The notes under the pieces are model-generated. The model worked only from the letters and a program-made list of their open reading frames with translations, was not told the DNA's origin and searched no databases. A program made the translations under genes and the position numbers. A DNA stretch of 64,000 bases from positions 160,001-224,000 of the forward strand of contig JBGPIA010000003.1 of NCBI GenBank assembly GCA_041484665.1, in the 5' to 3' direction. This DNA comes from Candidatus Krumholzibacteriia bacterium. Lineage in GTDB: Bacteria; Krumholzibacteriota; Krumholzibacteriia; JAJRXK01. Below, piece by piece: positions 9,120 to 18,550 of the stretch; position 1 is the stretch's first letter, and each line of letters opens with the position of its first letter.

Positions 9120-10449
9120 CGTCGCGCTGGGGAAGGATAGTGAACGGCTGCGCGGCCTCGCGCAGGATGCGCTGGATCTCGAGGGCGCTGCCGTCGGTCT
9201 GCGGGATAATCGTGAAGCTGCCCTCGTTCACCATGCGCTCGAGCGTGTCCACCACCCGGATGTCGAACTGCGTGCCGCGAAAGCGCGTCAGCTCCGACAT
9301 GCACGCGTCCAACGAAAGTGCCGCCCGATAGGGGCGGTTGCTGGTCATGGCGTCGATTGCGTCGCAGACATTGAGGATGTGGCTGCCCTGGCTGATCTCC
9401 TCGCCGGTGAGTCCGTCGGGGTAGCCCTGACCATCGGGGCGCTCGTGGTGGTGACGGACCATGTCGGCGGCCTCGCGCAGGAATTTCATCTGTGACACGA
9501 TCTCGCCGCCGATGGCCGGGTGCGCGGCGAGGATATCGAACTCCTCCTTGGTGAGTCGCGCGGGCTTGCACACGATGTCGTTGGTGATCGCGATCTTGCC
9601 GATATCGTGGAGCAGGCCGCCGTACTCGAGGATCTCCAGCTCGCGCTCGCTCATCCCCAGCTCGCGGCCCAGCGTCGTTGCGTACTTGGCCACGCGGTAG
9701 CTGTGGCCGTGCGTGTACGGCTCGTCGGCTTCCAGCGCAGTGGTGAGCGCCGCGACCGTGTTGATATGCGCTTCCTTCATCTCTTCGAAGAGCTTGTGGC
9801 TGCGCCACACGATGAACAATGGCAGGCTGAAGAGCAGCAGCGACCACAGCCCCGCGTACTTGTAGCTGAAGATGAGGAACGCGCTCAGTAGCCCCGGCAA
9901 CAGGCCGCTCAGGAAGTGCCAGCCGTAGTTGCTCCGCCAGACCTGCACCAAGTTGCGCCCCTCGCTGAGGGCAACCACAAAGGCGGCCAGCGTCATGTTG
10001 ATCGCGGAGAACACGGCGTAGGCAATGATAGCCGGAACGAGGAACAACGGGGACGTAAGATCGCGCCCCCACGGGATCGCATGGAAGACCACGCCGGCCG
10101 TACCAACCGAAATGGACATCGCCGCTGCGTTGTAGATGAGCTTCAGCGGATGCTTGCGCTTGATCATCCCGTCGCCGAACGCGACGCCGAGGATCTCCAT
10201 CGCGATCGCCACAATGGGGCCCAGAGTAGCGATGACCGCAACGTCGATCGTGGACGACGGGAGCCATCTGCCGCCCATCGCCGTCTTGATCTCGAACAGC
10301 TCGACGCCGACGAGGAAAGCCGTGAAGCACAGCAACGGAATCCACTGGTCGCGAGTGAGTGGATGGTGGGGCCAGATCCACATAGTGAGCATTGTGCCCA
10401 CGCTGGTGAGCAGCAGGAGGTAGAGGTAGAGGACGAGTTTGTGCTTCAT
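9112..10449 (-). CDS. Membrane-anchored HD-GYP cyclic-di-GMP phosphodiesterase (multi-TM N-terminal sensor)
   Basis: About 7 hydrophobic segments, then 'PYTHGHSYRVA', 'LLHDIGK', 'HHERPDGQGYPDGL', 'DAMTSNRPYR'. Confidence 0.92.
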   Translation of the reverse strand: MKHKLVLYLYLLLLTSVGTMLTMWIWPHHPLTRDQWIPLLCFTAFLVGVELFEIKTAMGGRWLPSSTIDVAVIATLGPIVAIAMEILGVAFGDGMIKRKHPLKLIYNAAAMSISVGTAGVVFHAIPWGRDLTSPLFLVPAIIAYAVFSAINMTLAAFVVALSEGRNLVQVWRSNYGWHFLSGLLPGLLSAFLIFSYKYAGLWSLLLFSLPLFIVWRSHKLFEEMKEAHINTVAALTTALEADEPYTHGHSYRVAKYATTLGRELGMSERELEILEYGGLLHDIGKIAITNDIVCKPARLTKEEFDILAAHPAIGGEIVSQMKFLREAADMVRHHHERPDGQGYPDGLTGEEISQGSHILNVCDAIDAMTSNRPYRAALSLDACMSELTRFRGTQFDIRVVDTLERMVNEGSFTIIPQTDGSALEIQRILREAAQPFTILPQRDAA

Positions 10450-10482
10450 GGTAAACTGGAGCCGGTCGGGGAGGTGGTCAGG

Positions 10483-10521
10483 CTACCACTTGATCTTGCT
10501 TCCCAGCAGCCAAGCGATCAC
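10483..10521 (-). CDS. Putative small peptide MIAWLLGSKIKW (or 17-aa MRWFAVIAWLLGSKIKW from GTG 10536)
   Basis: GAGGTG SD 7 nt before GTG at 10521. TAG at 10485-10483, 33 nt upstream of the HD-GYP ATG. Below the ORF-track size cutoff. Confidence 0.55.
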   Translation of the reverse strand: MIAWLLGSKIKW

Positions 10522-10718
10522 GGCGAACCACCTCACTCTTGGTTGATTTGCCGTCCAGCTCCGCTGATGGTGACGGCAGTGAGGCTCCGCTCAGCTCTGT
10601 TCGTTCCGCTTGTCCGCTTATTCCAGTGGTTCTCTCCTCGACCGGCCCATCAAAAGGTTGACGGGAGTCCAGCCACCGGCGCACCGGACCTGGCCCCCCC
10701 GAATGTCTCGGCGATCGC

Positions 10719-11504
10719 CTAGTGGGTGCCCGTGGCTTGCGAGGCCGGGTAGACGAGCTCCATGAACTCGGCCTGGCCCAGGCTGCGGTTCAGGGCATCC
10801 AGCGTGGCGTAAACCGCCGTCTCGTAGAGAGATCCTCGCTGCAGGCAGGTGCCGCAGAGGCGGCTGAGCTCCCTGCCCCTGCCGAAATCCAGGAGCACCA
10901 AGATCAGGCTGGTGCCCGACAGCTCCAGCAGCCTGACCTCGCGCACGAGGGCCTCGTAGCCCGGCTGGAGCAAATTGCGCACCGCTTCGACGGTCGCGCG
11001 GGCCACGATTTCGACCGCAGCCTCCTGGTCCTTGGCCGGACCCACGGCGCGGCCTGGAACGCCCTCGATTCCCTCGAACACCAGTTCGACCTCGGCCATG
11101 AAGCTGCCGCTGCCCATGGTGCAGTGTACGGCGGACAGCTGGACCCGCTCCCGCTCGGGGACCATCTTCAGAACGGCCGGCCGGGTTGCCTCGTCGCCTC
11201 GCTCATCCTCCGGAGAGTGCGGCTGGGTGTGCGCCATTGCGTCCAGCCCCCGCGGGCCCGGCTCGTTCTGGCTGACGAGCTGGACCACTCCGATCTTGCG
11301 ATGATCGATGTCGACGCCGCCTTTGCGGAGGATGACCTCGGCGTCCCGCACGATCTTCTGCGGGGCGCGGCGCGTGTCCGAGACGATGTCTACGTTGCGG
11401 ATCTCCCCGCGGTCATCGACGACGATCCGGCAATACCTGACGTTCTGGATCTGTGCGAGCTCGGTATCGAAGGCGTGGATCTGGTCGGGGGTGAGCCTCG
11501 TCAT
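10719..11504 (-). CDS. Conserved hypothetical cytoplasmic protein ('PQKIVRD...IDHRKIGVVQ' family)
   Basis: Strong AAGGAGA RBS and normal globular composition. N-domain 'DIVSDTRRAPQKIVRDAE...DIDHRKIGVVQL'. C-domain with two related motifs 'ARATVEAV' and 'VYATLDALNR'. Confidence 0.8.
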   Translation of the reverse strand: MTRLTPDQIHAFDTELAQIQNVRYCRIVVDDRGEIRNVDIVSDTRRAPQKIVRDAEVILRKGGVDIDHRKIGVVQLVSQNEPGPRGLDAMAHTQPHSPEDERGDEATRPAVLKMVPERERVQLSAVHCTMGSGSFMAEVELVFEGIEGVPGRAVGPAKDQEAAVEIVARATVEAVRNLLQPGYEALVREVRLLELSGTSLILVLLDFGRGRELSRLCGTCLQRGSLYETAVYATLDALNRSLGQAEFMELVYPASQATGTH

Positions 11505-11791
11505 GACCTGACGTCTCCTTTCCCAGCAGACCAACCCCGCTGAGTTCCTGGATGAACGTCAGCCCGTAACCACAAGCGTACCATATGACTTTCGTGCTGG
11601 CCAATCCATCCGGCCCGGCGCAGCGACCCCCTTATAGCACAGGACCACACCCAAGGCGCACGTGGAATTTCGAGCCCCTGACGGTCCCTGGCTCGGCCGG
11701 CCGCTGGCGTACGCCGGCTGGCAGCTGTGGCGCCCTCCCTGCGCCGGGGTCATGGCGGATCATGGGGCAGACCGGGAAGCAGGGGGGAAGG

Positions 11792-12700
11792 CTATTCCGG
11801 GGTCCAGCGCGTGAACGCGTGGAGCTCGGCGCATCGGCCGCGGATCTGGTCGGCCGTGAGATCCGTGATACGGTCCACGCTGAAGTGCTCGGTCGTGAAG
11901 CTGGCCAGGACCGTCCCGAATCCCATGGCGCGGCGGAGCTCCTCGTCGTCGAAGCGTCCGGCCCGAGCCAGGTGCCCCAGGAAGCCGCCGGCGAAGGCAT
12001 CGCCCGCCCCTGTGGGATCGAAGACGCGCTCCAGCAGCACCGCCGGTACGGCGAAGCGCGACTCCGGCGTGAACAAGAGCGCGCCGTGCTCGCCCTTCTT
12101 CACCACCACCCAGCGCGGCCCCAGCGCCCGGATCTGCGCCACCGCCGCTGGCAGCAAGGCGTGCCCGGTGAGCTGGCGGGCCTCCTCCTCGTTCACGAAC
12201 ACGAGGTCCGCGCGCGCCAGCACCGCCTTGAGATCGTCCAATGCCGTCTCGATCCACAGATTCATCGTGTCGACCGCGACAAGCCTGGGCCGGGAGATCT
12301 GGTCGAACACCTCCAGCTGCAGGGCCGGGTGGATGTTGGCGAGGAACAGGATCGGCGCGTCGCGGTAGGCGGGTGGCAGCTTGGGATGGAAGTGCTCGAA
12401 GACGTTGAGCTGCGTGAACAGCGTATCGCGGTGGTTCATGTCTTTGTGGTAGCGGCCGCCCCAACGGAACGTCTTTCCGGGCGCCACCTCCAGACCCGCG
12501 CAATCGATGCCGCGCCGCCGGAACAGCCCGCGCGCGCTCTCGGGGAAATCCTCCCCCACCACCGCTACCAGCTTGATGCTGGTGAAATAGCTCGCAGCCA
12601 GCGCGGCGTAGCTGGCGCTGCCGCCCAGGCACTCCTCCGCCGAGCCATACGGCGTGCTGATGCTGTCCAGGGCGACGGAGCCGACGACCACGATGTCCAT
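11792..12700 (-). CDS. PfkB-family carbohydrate/nucleoside kinase
   Basis: 'VVGSVALD', 'LGGSASY', 'VNEEEA', 'KKGEHGA', 'DPTGAGDAFAGGF'. Confidence 0.93.
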   Translation of the reverse strand: MDIVVVGSVALDSISTPYGSAEECLGGSASYAALAASYFTSIKLVAVVGEDFPESARGLFRRRGIDCAGLEVAPGKTFRWGGRYHKDMNHRDTLFTQLNVFEHFHPKLPPAYRDAPILFLANIHPALQLEVFDQISRPRLVAVDTMNLWIETALDDLKAVLARADLVFVNEEEARQLTGHALLPAAVAQIRALGPRWVVVKKGEHGALLFTPESRFAVPAVLLERVFDPTGAGDAFAGGFLGHLARAGRFDDEELRRAMGFGTVLASFTTEHFSVDRITDLTADQIRGRCAELHAFTRWTPE

Positions 12701-12733
12701 GACGGATCCTTGGCGGGTGCGGCGCGCCGCGCG

Positions 12734-14461
12734 TTACATGCGCTCGGGCGCTTCGATCCCCAGGAGCCGCAGCGTGTTGGCCAGCACGATCTGCGTGGCG
12801 CGGCTCAGCGCTACGCGGGCCTTGGCCAACGGCTCCTCGTCCGTGAGGATCTTGCACTGGTGGTAGAACTGGTGGAAGGCCGTCGCCACGTCGACGGCCA
12901 GGGCCGTCAGGCGTGCCAGCTCCCTGCTGGCCGCCGCGCGCGCTACCGCGTCGGGTAGCTCTGGCAGCAAGCGGAGCAACGCCAGCTCCGCGTCGTGGGT
13001 GAGCAGGGCGAGGTCCGCCGCGGAGGCCTCCCTGAGATCGCGCCCCTGTGCCTGGGAGTTGCGCAGCACGCTGCAGATGCGCGCGTGGGCGTACTTCACG
13101 TACCAGCCGGGATTCTCATTGCTCTGGCTGCGTGCCAGATCGAGATCGAAGTCCATATGGCTGGTGTTCTTGCGCGCCAGGAAGAAGAACTTCGCCACGT
13201 CGGCGCCCACCTCAGCGATGAGCTCGTCCATGGTAACCAGCCGCCCGGCCCGCTTGGACATCTCCAGCGGCTTGCCGTCCAGGATCAGGTTCACCTGCTG
13301 CAGGATCACGATCTCGAGCCAATCCGGCGCGTAGCCGAGGGCCTGCATCGCTGCGGCCATGCGCGCGACGTGCCCATGGTGGTCGGGGCCCCAGAAGTCG
13401 ATGACGCGCTCGAAGGCGCGCTGGTGCTTGTCCGCGTGATAGGCGATGTCAGTCAGGAAGTAGGTGGGCTCGCCGTCCTTCTTCACGACCACGCGGTCCT
13501 TCTCGTCGCCGAAGGTCGTCGAGCGGAACCACTGGGCCCCTTCGTGCTCGTAGACGTGGCCGCGCTCGCGCAGCGCCGCCAGCGCCCGCTGCAGGCGGTC
13601 TCCCACGTGCATGCTGCTCTCGAGGGTCCAGGTGTCGAACTCGACGCCGTAGCGCACGCAGGTCGCCCGCTGGCCGGCCAACAGGGCACAGAAGGCGTAG
13701 CGGCCGAATGCGCGCGCTGACTCCGCTGGCGGCAGCGCCAGCCACTCGTCGGGAGTCCCCTGTACTTGAGGCAGCGTGCCGGCGATGCGGCCGGCCGCGG
13801 CATCGCGCAACACGGCCACGGCGCCCGGCTCTTCCGCCGCGAGCCGGCGGGCCAGCTCGACTAGGTACTCCCCCTGGTAGCCGCCCTCGGGCACCGCGAC
13901 GTCGTCGCGGCCGAGCAGCTGGGCGTAGCGTGCGCGCAGGCTCTCGCCCAACAGCTCCACCTGGCGGCCGGCGTCGTTCACGTAGAACTCGGATTGGGGC
14001 CGGTAGCCGGCCGTCGCCATGGCGCGCACGAGCGCCGCGCCGACCGCGGCCGCGCGGGCGCTCACGATGTTCAGCGGGCCGGTGGGGTTGGCGCTGATGA
14101 ACTCCACGTTCACGCGCTGCCCCTGCCCGGTGTTGCTCTCGCCGTAGCGCTCGCCCTGCTGCAGGATCTGCGCGACGACGTCCACGAGCCGCCCGTGGGC
14201 GAGCCGGAAATTGATGAAGCCCGGCCCGGCGATCTCGACCGCCGCCACCAGCGACCGGTCCAGCGCCAGGCGCGCGGCGATCTCCCCGGCCAGCTCGCGC
14301 GGCTTGCGCGCGAGGCGCTTGGCCAGCACCAGAGCGACATTCGTGCTGAGGTCGCCGTGGGTGGAGTCCTTGGGGCGGTCCAGCTCCAGGACGAAATCCT
14401 CCTCGAAGACGCCGTAGTCCTCGAGGGCTTCCAGGATCGCTTCGCGGATGCGCTGCTCCAT
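12734..14461 (-). CDS. argS: Arginine--tRNA ligase
   Basis: 'HGDLSTNVA', 'GPGFINF', 'EFISANPTGPL', 'EFYVNDAGRQ', 'DIAYH..K', 'GPDHHGH', 'MSKRAG', 'YAHARICS', C-terminal 'APERM'. Confidence 0.97.
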   Translation of the reverse strand: MEQRIREAILEALEDYGVFEEDFVLELDRPKDSTHGDLSTNVALVLAKRLARKPRELAGEIAARLALDRSLVAAVEIAGPGFINFRLAHGRLVDVVAQILQQGERYGESNTGQGQRVNVEFISANPTGPLNIVSARAAAVGAALVRAMATAGYRPQSEFYVNDAGRQVELLGESLRARYAQLLGRDDVAVPEGGYQGEYLVELARRLAAEEPGAVAVLRDAAAGRIAGTLPQVQGTPDEWLALPPAESARAFGRYAFCALLAGQRATCVRYGVEFDTWTLESSMHVGDRLQRALAALRERGHVYEHEGAQWFRSTTFGDEKDRVVVKKDGEPTYFLTDIAYHADKHQRAFERVIDFWGPDHHGHVARMAAAMQALGYAPDWLEIVILQQVNLILDGKPLEMSKRAGRLVTMDELIAEVGADVAKFFFLARKNTSHMDFDLDLARSQSNENPGWYVKYAHARICSVLRNSQAQGRDLREASAADLALLTHDAELALLRLLPELPDAVARAAASRELARLTALAVDVATAFHQFYHQCKILTDEEPLAKARVALSRATQIVLANTLRLLGIEAPERM

Positions 14462-14868
14462 CAGGGGCGGACCTCGCCGGCGGCGGCGCGGTCACCTGGC
14501 GCGATGGGGCGCCCGAGCTCATCGTAGCGCACGATCGTTGCGTCGGCCCACAGGCGCTCCAACGCGTAGTAGCGCCGCACATCGGGCAGCATGACGTGGA
14601 CGACGACGTCGATGAAGTCCAGCAGCGCCCAGCGGCCGGCGTCGCGTCCCTCGACGTGCTCGGGTCCCACGCGCGCAGCGGTGGCGCCGTCCCAGATGGC
14701 ATCGCTGATGGCCTGCACCTGGACCTGCGATTGCCCGGTAACGATCACGAAGTAGTCGGCCACGTCCATCAGGCCGTGCAGGTCCAGGACGACCACGTCC
14801 TCGGCCTTCTTGCCCAATGCCCAGGCGATGACGAGCTCGACGAGCTCCCTGCCTTCAACGCGGCTCAT
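14461..14868 (-). CDS. rsfS: Ribosomal silencing factor RsfS (Iojap)
   Basis: 'KKAEDVVVLDL', 'DYFVIVTG.S..QVQAI', 'W.LLDF.DVVVHV...R.YY.LERLW'. Confidence 0.93.
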   Translation of the reverse strand: MSRVEGRELVELVIAWALGKKAEDVVVLDLHGLMDVADYFVIVTGQSQVQVQAISDAIWDGATAARVGPEHVEGRDAGRWALLDFIDVVVHVMLPDVRRYYALERLWADATIVRYDELGRPIAPGDRAAAGEVRP

Positions 14869-14908
14869 CGCTTGCGGATGGGCTGGGCGGAGGGCGGGCT
14901 GGGCCTTC

Positions 14909-15907
14909 TCAATCGACACGGCCGAGCACGTAATCCACGGCCGCGGCCAAGATGTCGCGTTGGGGCTGGATCGAGATCCCCACGAGGCATTCCTTGGCCT
15001 GGCGCCCGAACTGGCGGGCTTTCTGGTAGGCGTAGTCGAGGCCGCCGTGGTGCTCCACGAAGCGGCGGACGTCGGGCCACAGCGCGCTGCCGTCGACCAG
15101 CGTGGCGAGGGCGTCCCGCAGGCGCTCGCTCTCGCGCGGCGGCGCGTTGCGCCAGGCCGAGATGAATGGGAGCGTGATGCGGCCTTCGCGCCAGTCACTG
15201 CCCACCGGCTTGCCGAGGCGGCGCTGGTCGCCGAGGTAATCGAACATGTCGTCGATGATCTGGAATGCCAGTCCGATGTTGAGCCCGAAATCGGCAAAGC
15301 GGTCGCGCTGGCCGTTGATGCCGCGGTTGAGCAGCGCTCCGATCTCACAGGAGGCCTGGATCAGGCTCGCCGTTTTCTGGTGGATGATGGCGAAATAGTC
15401 CTCCTCGCTGACGTCGAGGCGGCGCCGGCGCTCCAGCTGCATCATCTCGGCGATGCTCATCTCATGCGTGGTCCTGGCCAGGATGTTCATGGGCTCGAGC
15501 ATCCCGCGCGCCGTGAGCTGGGCGAAAGCCTTGCTGTACAGATAGTCGCCCATGATCAGCGCGGCGCTGGCGCCCCACTTGACATTGACGGTGGGCAGGC
15601 GGCGGCGCACCTCGGCCTCGTCAATGAAGTCGTCGTGGATGAGCGTGGCGGTATGGATGATCTCGACGACCGTCGCCGCGAAGATCACTTCGGCGCTCGA
15701 TCCGCCGCGGTCCTTCGCAGTAACCAACAACAAGGTCGGCCGGAAGCGTTTGCTTCGGCCGCGCTTGAGGTGCTGGCAGATCTCGTTGAGGAGGGGCAGC
15801 TCGGCGCTGAGCTGCTGCTCGTATTCGGCCTCGAAGGCGGAGAGCTCGCTGGCGACGACCTCCTGCAACGACTCGAGTTTTACGCGGTCCTCTCCAGCCA
15901 GAGGCAC
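14909..15907 (-). CDS. Polyprenyl diphosphate synthase (IspB/HepT-like)
   Basis: 'KRFRP', FARM 'HTATLIHDDFID...RR', 'KTASL', SARM 'FQIIDDMFD', 'GKPVGSD..EG.ITLP'. Start uncertain. Confidence 0.93.
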   Translation of the reverse strand: MPLAGEDRVKLESLQEVVASELSAFEAEYEQQLSAELPLLNEICQHLKRGRSKRFRPTLLLVTAKDRGGSSAEVIFAATVVEIIHTATLIHDDFIDEAEVRRRLPTVNVKWGASAALIMGDYLYSKAFAQLTARGMLEPMNILARTTHEMSIAEMMQLERRRRLDVSEEDYFAIIHQKTASLIQASCEIGALLNRGINGQRDRFADFGLNIGLAFQIIDDMFDYLGDQRRLGKPVGSDWREGRITLPFISAWRNAPPRESERLRDALATLVDGSALWPDVRRFVEHHGGLDYAYQKARQFGRQAKECLVGISIQPQRDILAAAVDYVLGRVD

Positions 15908-15972
15908 GTCAACCCTTTCAGCAGGCAGGCGCTCCATGCAGACGACCGGATGGGGCCGCAAAGACCTCCAAA

Positions 15973-16001
15973 CGTATACGCTTCGAGCGGGAGACTGTCA
16001 A
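15973..16001 (-). promoter_or_regulatory. sigma70-type promoter upstream of the polyprenyl synthase
   Basis: TTGACA-N17-TATACG; the -35 overlaps the tatC stop codon. Confidence 0.55.
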
Positions 16002-16759
16002 TTCGATTCGGCCAACTGCCTGGCTTGCTTCCGCTTGCGCCTCCAGGTCACCAGCAGGGCCGCGAACACGCTCAAGAAGTAGAGCAGCAGGATGGGCACG
16101 CCCAGCATGATCTGGCTAGCGACGTCGGGGCCCGGCGTAAGGACCGCCGCCGCGATCATGATGATCACGACCGCCTCACGCCAGCGACGCATGAGCATGC
16201 GTGGGCTGACGATTCCGATCGTGGCCAGGGCGAACACGACGAGTGGCAGCTCGAACATGGCGCCCATGGCCAGGCACATGCGCGCGGCCAGCCCCAGGTA
16301 CTCTCCCGCCGAGAGCCAGGGCTGCAACGACTCGCTGGCGAAGCTGAGCCCAACGCGCATCAGCACGGGCATCAGTACAAGGAAGCAGAACACAACCCCC
16401 GTGTAGAACAGCGCCGTCCCCACCACTAGCACCGGCGTGATCACCCGCCGCTCGCGCTGGCGCAGCCCCGGGAGCACGAACCCGTAGATCTTGAACAGGA
16501 TCAGCGGCGCAACCGCCAGCAGGCCTACGAATCCCGCGGCCTTCAGGCGCAACATGAGCGCGCCCAGCGGGCTGGTGAAGTAGAGGGAGTGGTGCCCGGC
16601 CTGCACTGCGGGCCGCAGCAGGGAGTCCACGATGCGGGCGCTGAAAAACCAGGCCACCAGCGCGGCGCCCGCCGCCAGGGCAGCGGCCCAGATGATCGTG
16701 TCGCGCAGCTCGGCGATGTGCTCGAGGATCGTCATCTCCTTCTCGGATGACCGGGCCAT
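15998..16759 (-). CDS. tatC: Twin-arginine translocase subunit TatC
   Basis: 'MTILEHIAELR', 'FVLPGL...ERR', 'FELP', 'AAVLTPGPD..SQ..L..P'. Confidence 0.93.
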   Translation of the reverse strand: MARSSEKEMTILEHIAELRDTIIWAAALAAGAALVAWFFSARIVDSLLRPAVQAGHHSLYFTSPLGALMLRLKAAGFVGLLAVAPLILFKIYGFVLPGLRQRERRVITPVLVVGTALFYTGVVFCFLVLMPVLMRVGLSFASESLQPWLSAGEYLGLAARMCLAMGAMFELPLVVFALATIGIVSPRMLMRRWREAVVIIMIAAAVLTPGPDVASQIMLGVPILLLYFLSVFAALLVTWRRKRKQARQLAESN

Positions 16760-16762
16760 CGA

Positions 16763-17242
16763 CTAGCCGCCTCCCCGCGACCGCCCCTGGGTGCGCTCCA
16801 GGATCTGCCGCAGCTCGTCCATGAATTGGTTCACGTTGCGGAAACTGCGGTAGACCGACGCGAAACGCACGTACGCCACCTCGTCGAGCTCTTCCAGCTC
16901 GGCCATCACCGCCTCGCCGATCTCGGTGCTGGTCACCTCGTCCTTGGCGCTGGAGAAGAGCCGCGCCTCGACGCGGTCGGCCAGGGCATCGATCTGCTCA
17001 CGGCTGACGGGCCGCTTCTGGCAGGCGCGCATCACACCGGTGATGACCTTTTCGCGGTCGTAGGGAACGCGGCGCCCGTCCTTCTTGGCCACCAGCACCG
17101 GGGCGCGCTCGACGTACTCGTAGGTGGTGTAGCGGTGCTCGCAACGCAGGCACTCGCGGCGCCGGCGGATCGCGGCACCGTCGCGGGTCGCACGCGAGTC
17201 GACGACCCGATCCTCGTCGTGGCCGCAGGCGGGACAGCGCAT
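16763..17242 (-). CDS. nrdR: Transcriptional repressor NrdR
   Basis: 'MRCPAC...VVDSR...IRRRRECLRC..RYTTYE', ATP-cone, 'VAYVRFASVY'. Confidence 0.97.
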   Translation of the reverse strand: MRCPACGHDEDRVVDSRATRDGAAIRRRRECLRCEHRYTTYEYVERAPVLVAKKDGRRVPYDREKVITGVMRACQKRPVSREQIDALADRVEARLFSSAKDEVTSTEIGEAVMAELEELDEVAYVRFASVYRSFRNVNQFMDELRQILERTQGRSRGGG

Positions 17243-17255
17243 GGGGGCGGAGGTC

Positions 17256-18503
17256 CTACCCCAGCTCCGGGTAGAGGGGGAACGCGCTGGCCAACGCGTG
17301 GCTGCGCTGCTTCAGCCGGGGCAGCTCGGGGCTCTCCCGTCCCGCCGTGAGCGCCGCGTCGATGATCTCGGCGATGGCGCGCATCTCAGGCTCCTTCATG
17401 CCCCGGGTGGTCAATGCGGGTGTCCCGATACGGATTCCGCTCGTGACGAACGGCTTCTGCGGATCGAACGGGATCGTGTTCTTATTCACGGTGATCCCCA
17501 CCTGGTCGAGGATCTCCTCGGCGTCTCTGCCGGTGAGACTGCGAGGCCGCAGGTCCACCAGCAGCAGGTGGGTGTCCGTGCCGCCGCTCACCAGACGCAG
17601 CCCCCGCGCCACCAGCTCCTCGCCCAGCACCCGGGCGTTGGCGACGGTCTGGTGCTGGTCGAGGCGGAACCGCTCGGTCATCGCCTCGCGGAAGCAGACG
17701 GCCTTCGCGGCGATGACGTGCATGAACGGGCCGCCCTGCGTCCCGGGAAAGTTCCACTTGTCGATCGACTTGGCCCAGGCCTCTTTGCAGACGATCAGGC
17801 CGCCGCGCGGGCCACGCAGTGTCTTGTGCGTGGTCGAGGTGACCACCGCGGCATGCGGCACGGGATCGGGATGCAGCCCCACCGCCACCAGCCCGGCAAA
17901 GTGCGCCATGTCCACCAACAGTGGGATGCCCAGCTCCTGGGAGATCGCCCCCAGGCGCTGGAAGTCCCAGGCGCGCGGATACGCGCTGCTACCCGCCACC
18001 AGGATCGCAGGGCGCACCTCCTTGGCCTGCCGCAGCAGCGCGTCGTAGTCGATGCGCTCGGTCTGTCGGTCGACCTCGTAGTGGTGGGCCTTGAACAGGA
18101 TGCCGCTGAAATTGACGTTGTGCCCGTGGGTGAGGTGGCCGCCGTGGCTCAGGCTCAAGCCGAGGATCGCCGAGCCGGGCGCCGCCAGCGCCAGGTAGGC
18201 GGTCATGTTGGCCTGGCTGCCGCTGTGCGGCTGCACGTTGGCGTGCTCGGCGCCGAAGAGCTTCAGCGCGCGCTGGCGGGCCAGCGTCTCCGCCTCGTCC
18301 ACGAACTCGCAGCCGCCGTAGTAGCGCTTGCCGGGGTAGCCTTCGGCGTACTTGTTGGTCATCACCGAGCCCATGGCCGCCAACACGGCCAGGCTGGTGA
18401 AGTTCTCGCTGGCGATCATCTCGAGCTGGCCACGCTGGCGCTCCAGCTCGCGCTCGATCGCGGCGGCGATCTCGGGATCACTCGTGCGCAGATGCGTGAA
18501 CAC
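17256..18503 (-). CDS. glyA: Serine hydroxymethyltransferase
   Basis: 'MIASENF', '[16 protein letters not shown]', '[11 protein letters not shown]', '[12 protein letters not shown]'. GGAGG RBS before GTG. Confidence 0.98.
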   Translation of the reverse strand: MFTHLRTSDPEIAAAIERELERQRGQLEMIASENFTSLAVLAAMGSVMTNKYAEGYPGKRYYGGCEFVDEAETLARQRALKLFGAEHANVQPHSGSQANMTAYLALAAPGSAILGLSLSHGGHLTHGHNVNFSGILFKAHHYEVDRQTERIDYDALLRQAKEVRPAILVAGSSAYPRAWDFQRLGAISQELGIPLLVDMAHFAGLVAVGLHPDPVPHAAVVTSTTHKTLRGPRGGLIVCKEAWAKSIDKWNFPGTQGGPFMHVIAAKAVCFREAMTERFRLDQHQTVANARVLGEELVARGLRLVSGGTDTHLLLVDLRPRSLTGRDAEEILDQVGITVNKNTIPFDPQKPFVTSGIRIGTPALTTRGMKEPEMRAIAEIIDAALTAGRESPELPRLKQRSHALASAFPLYPELG

Positions 18504-18550
18504 GGGGTCCTCCCCGGGCGCCCGCCCACCGGCTGGCGGAACGGACCGGC

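Noticed and set aside
10478..10684. 68-aa ORF from the track in the HD-GYP leader
   Set aside because: No RBS and non-protein-like composition. The overlapping short frame with a strong SD is the better candidate.
10540..10700. c-di-GMP riboswitch upstream of HD-GYP
   Set aside because: A GGCAAA is present, but I could not find the GEMM two-hairpin GNRA/receptor arrangement. An Rfam scan is needed.
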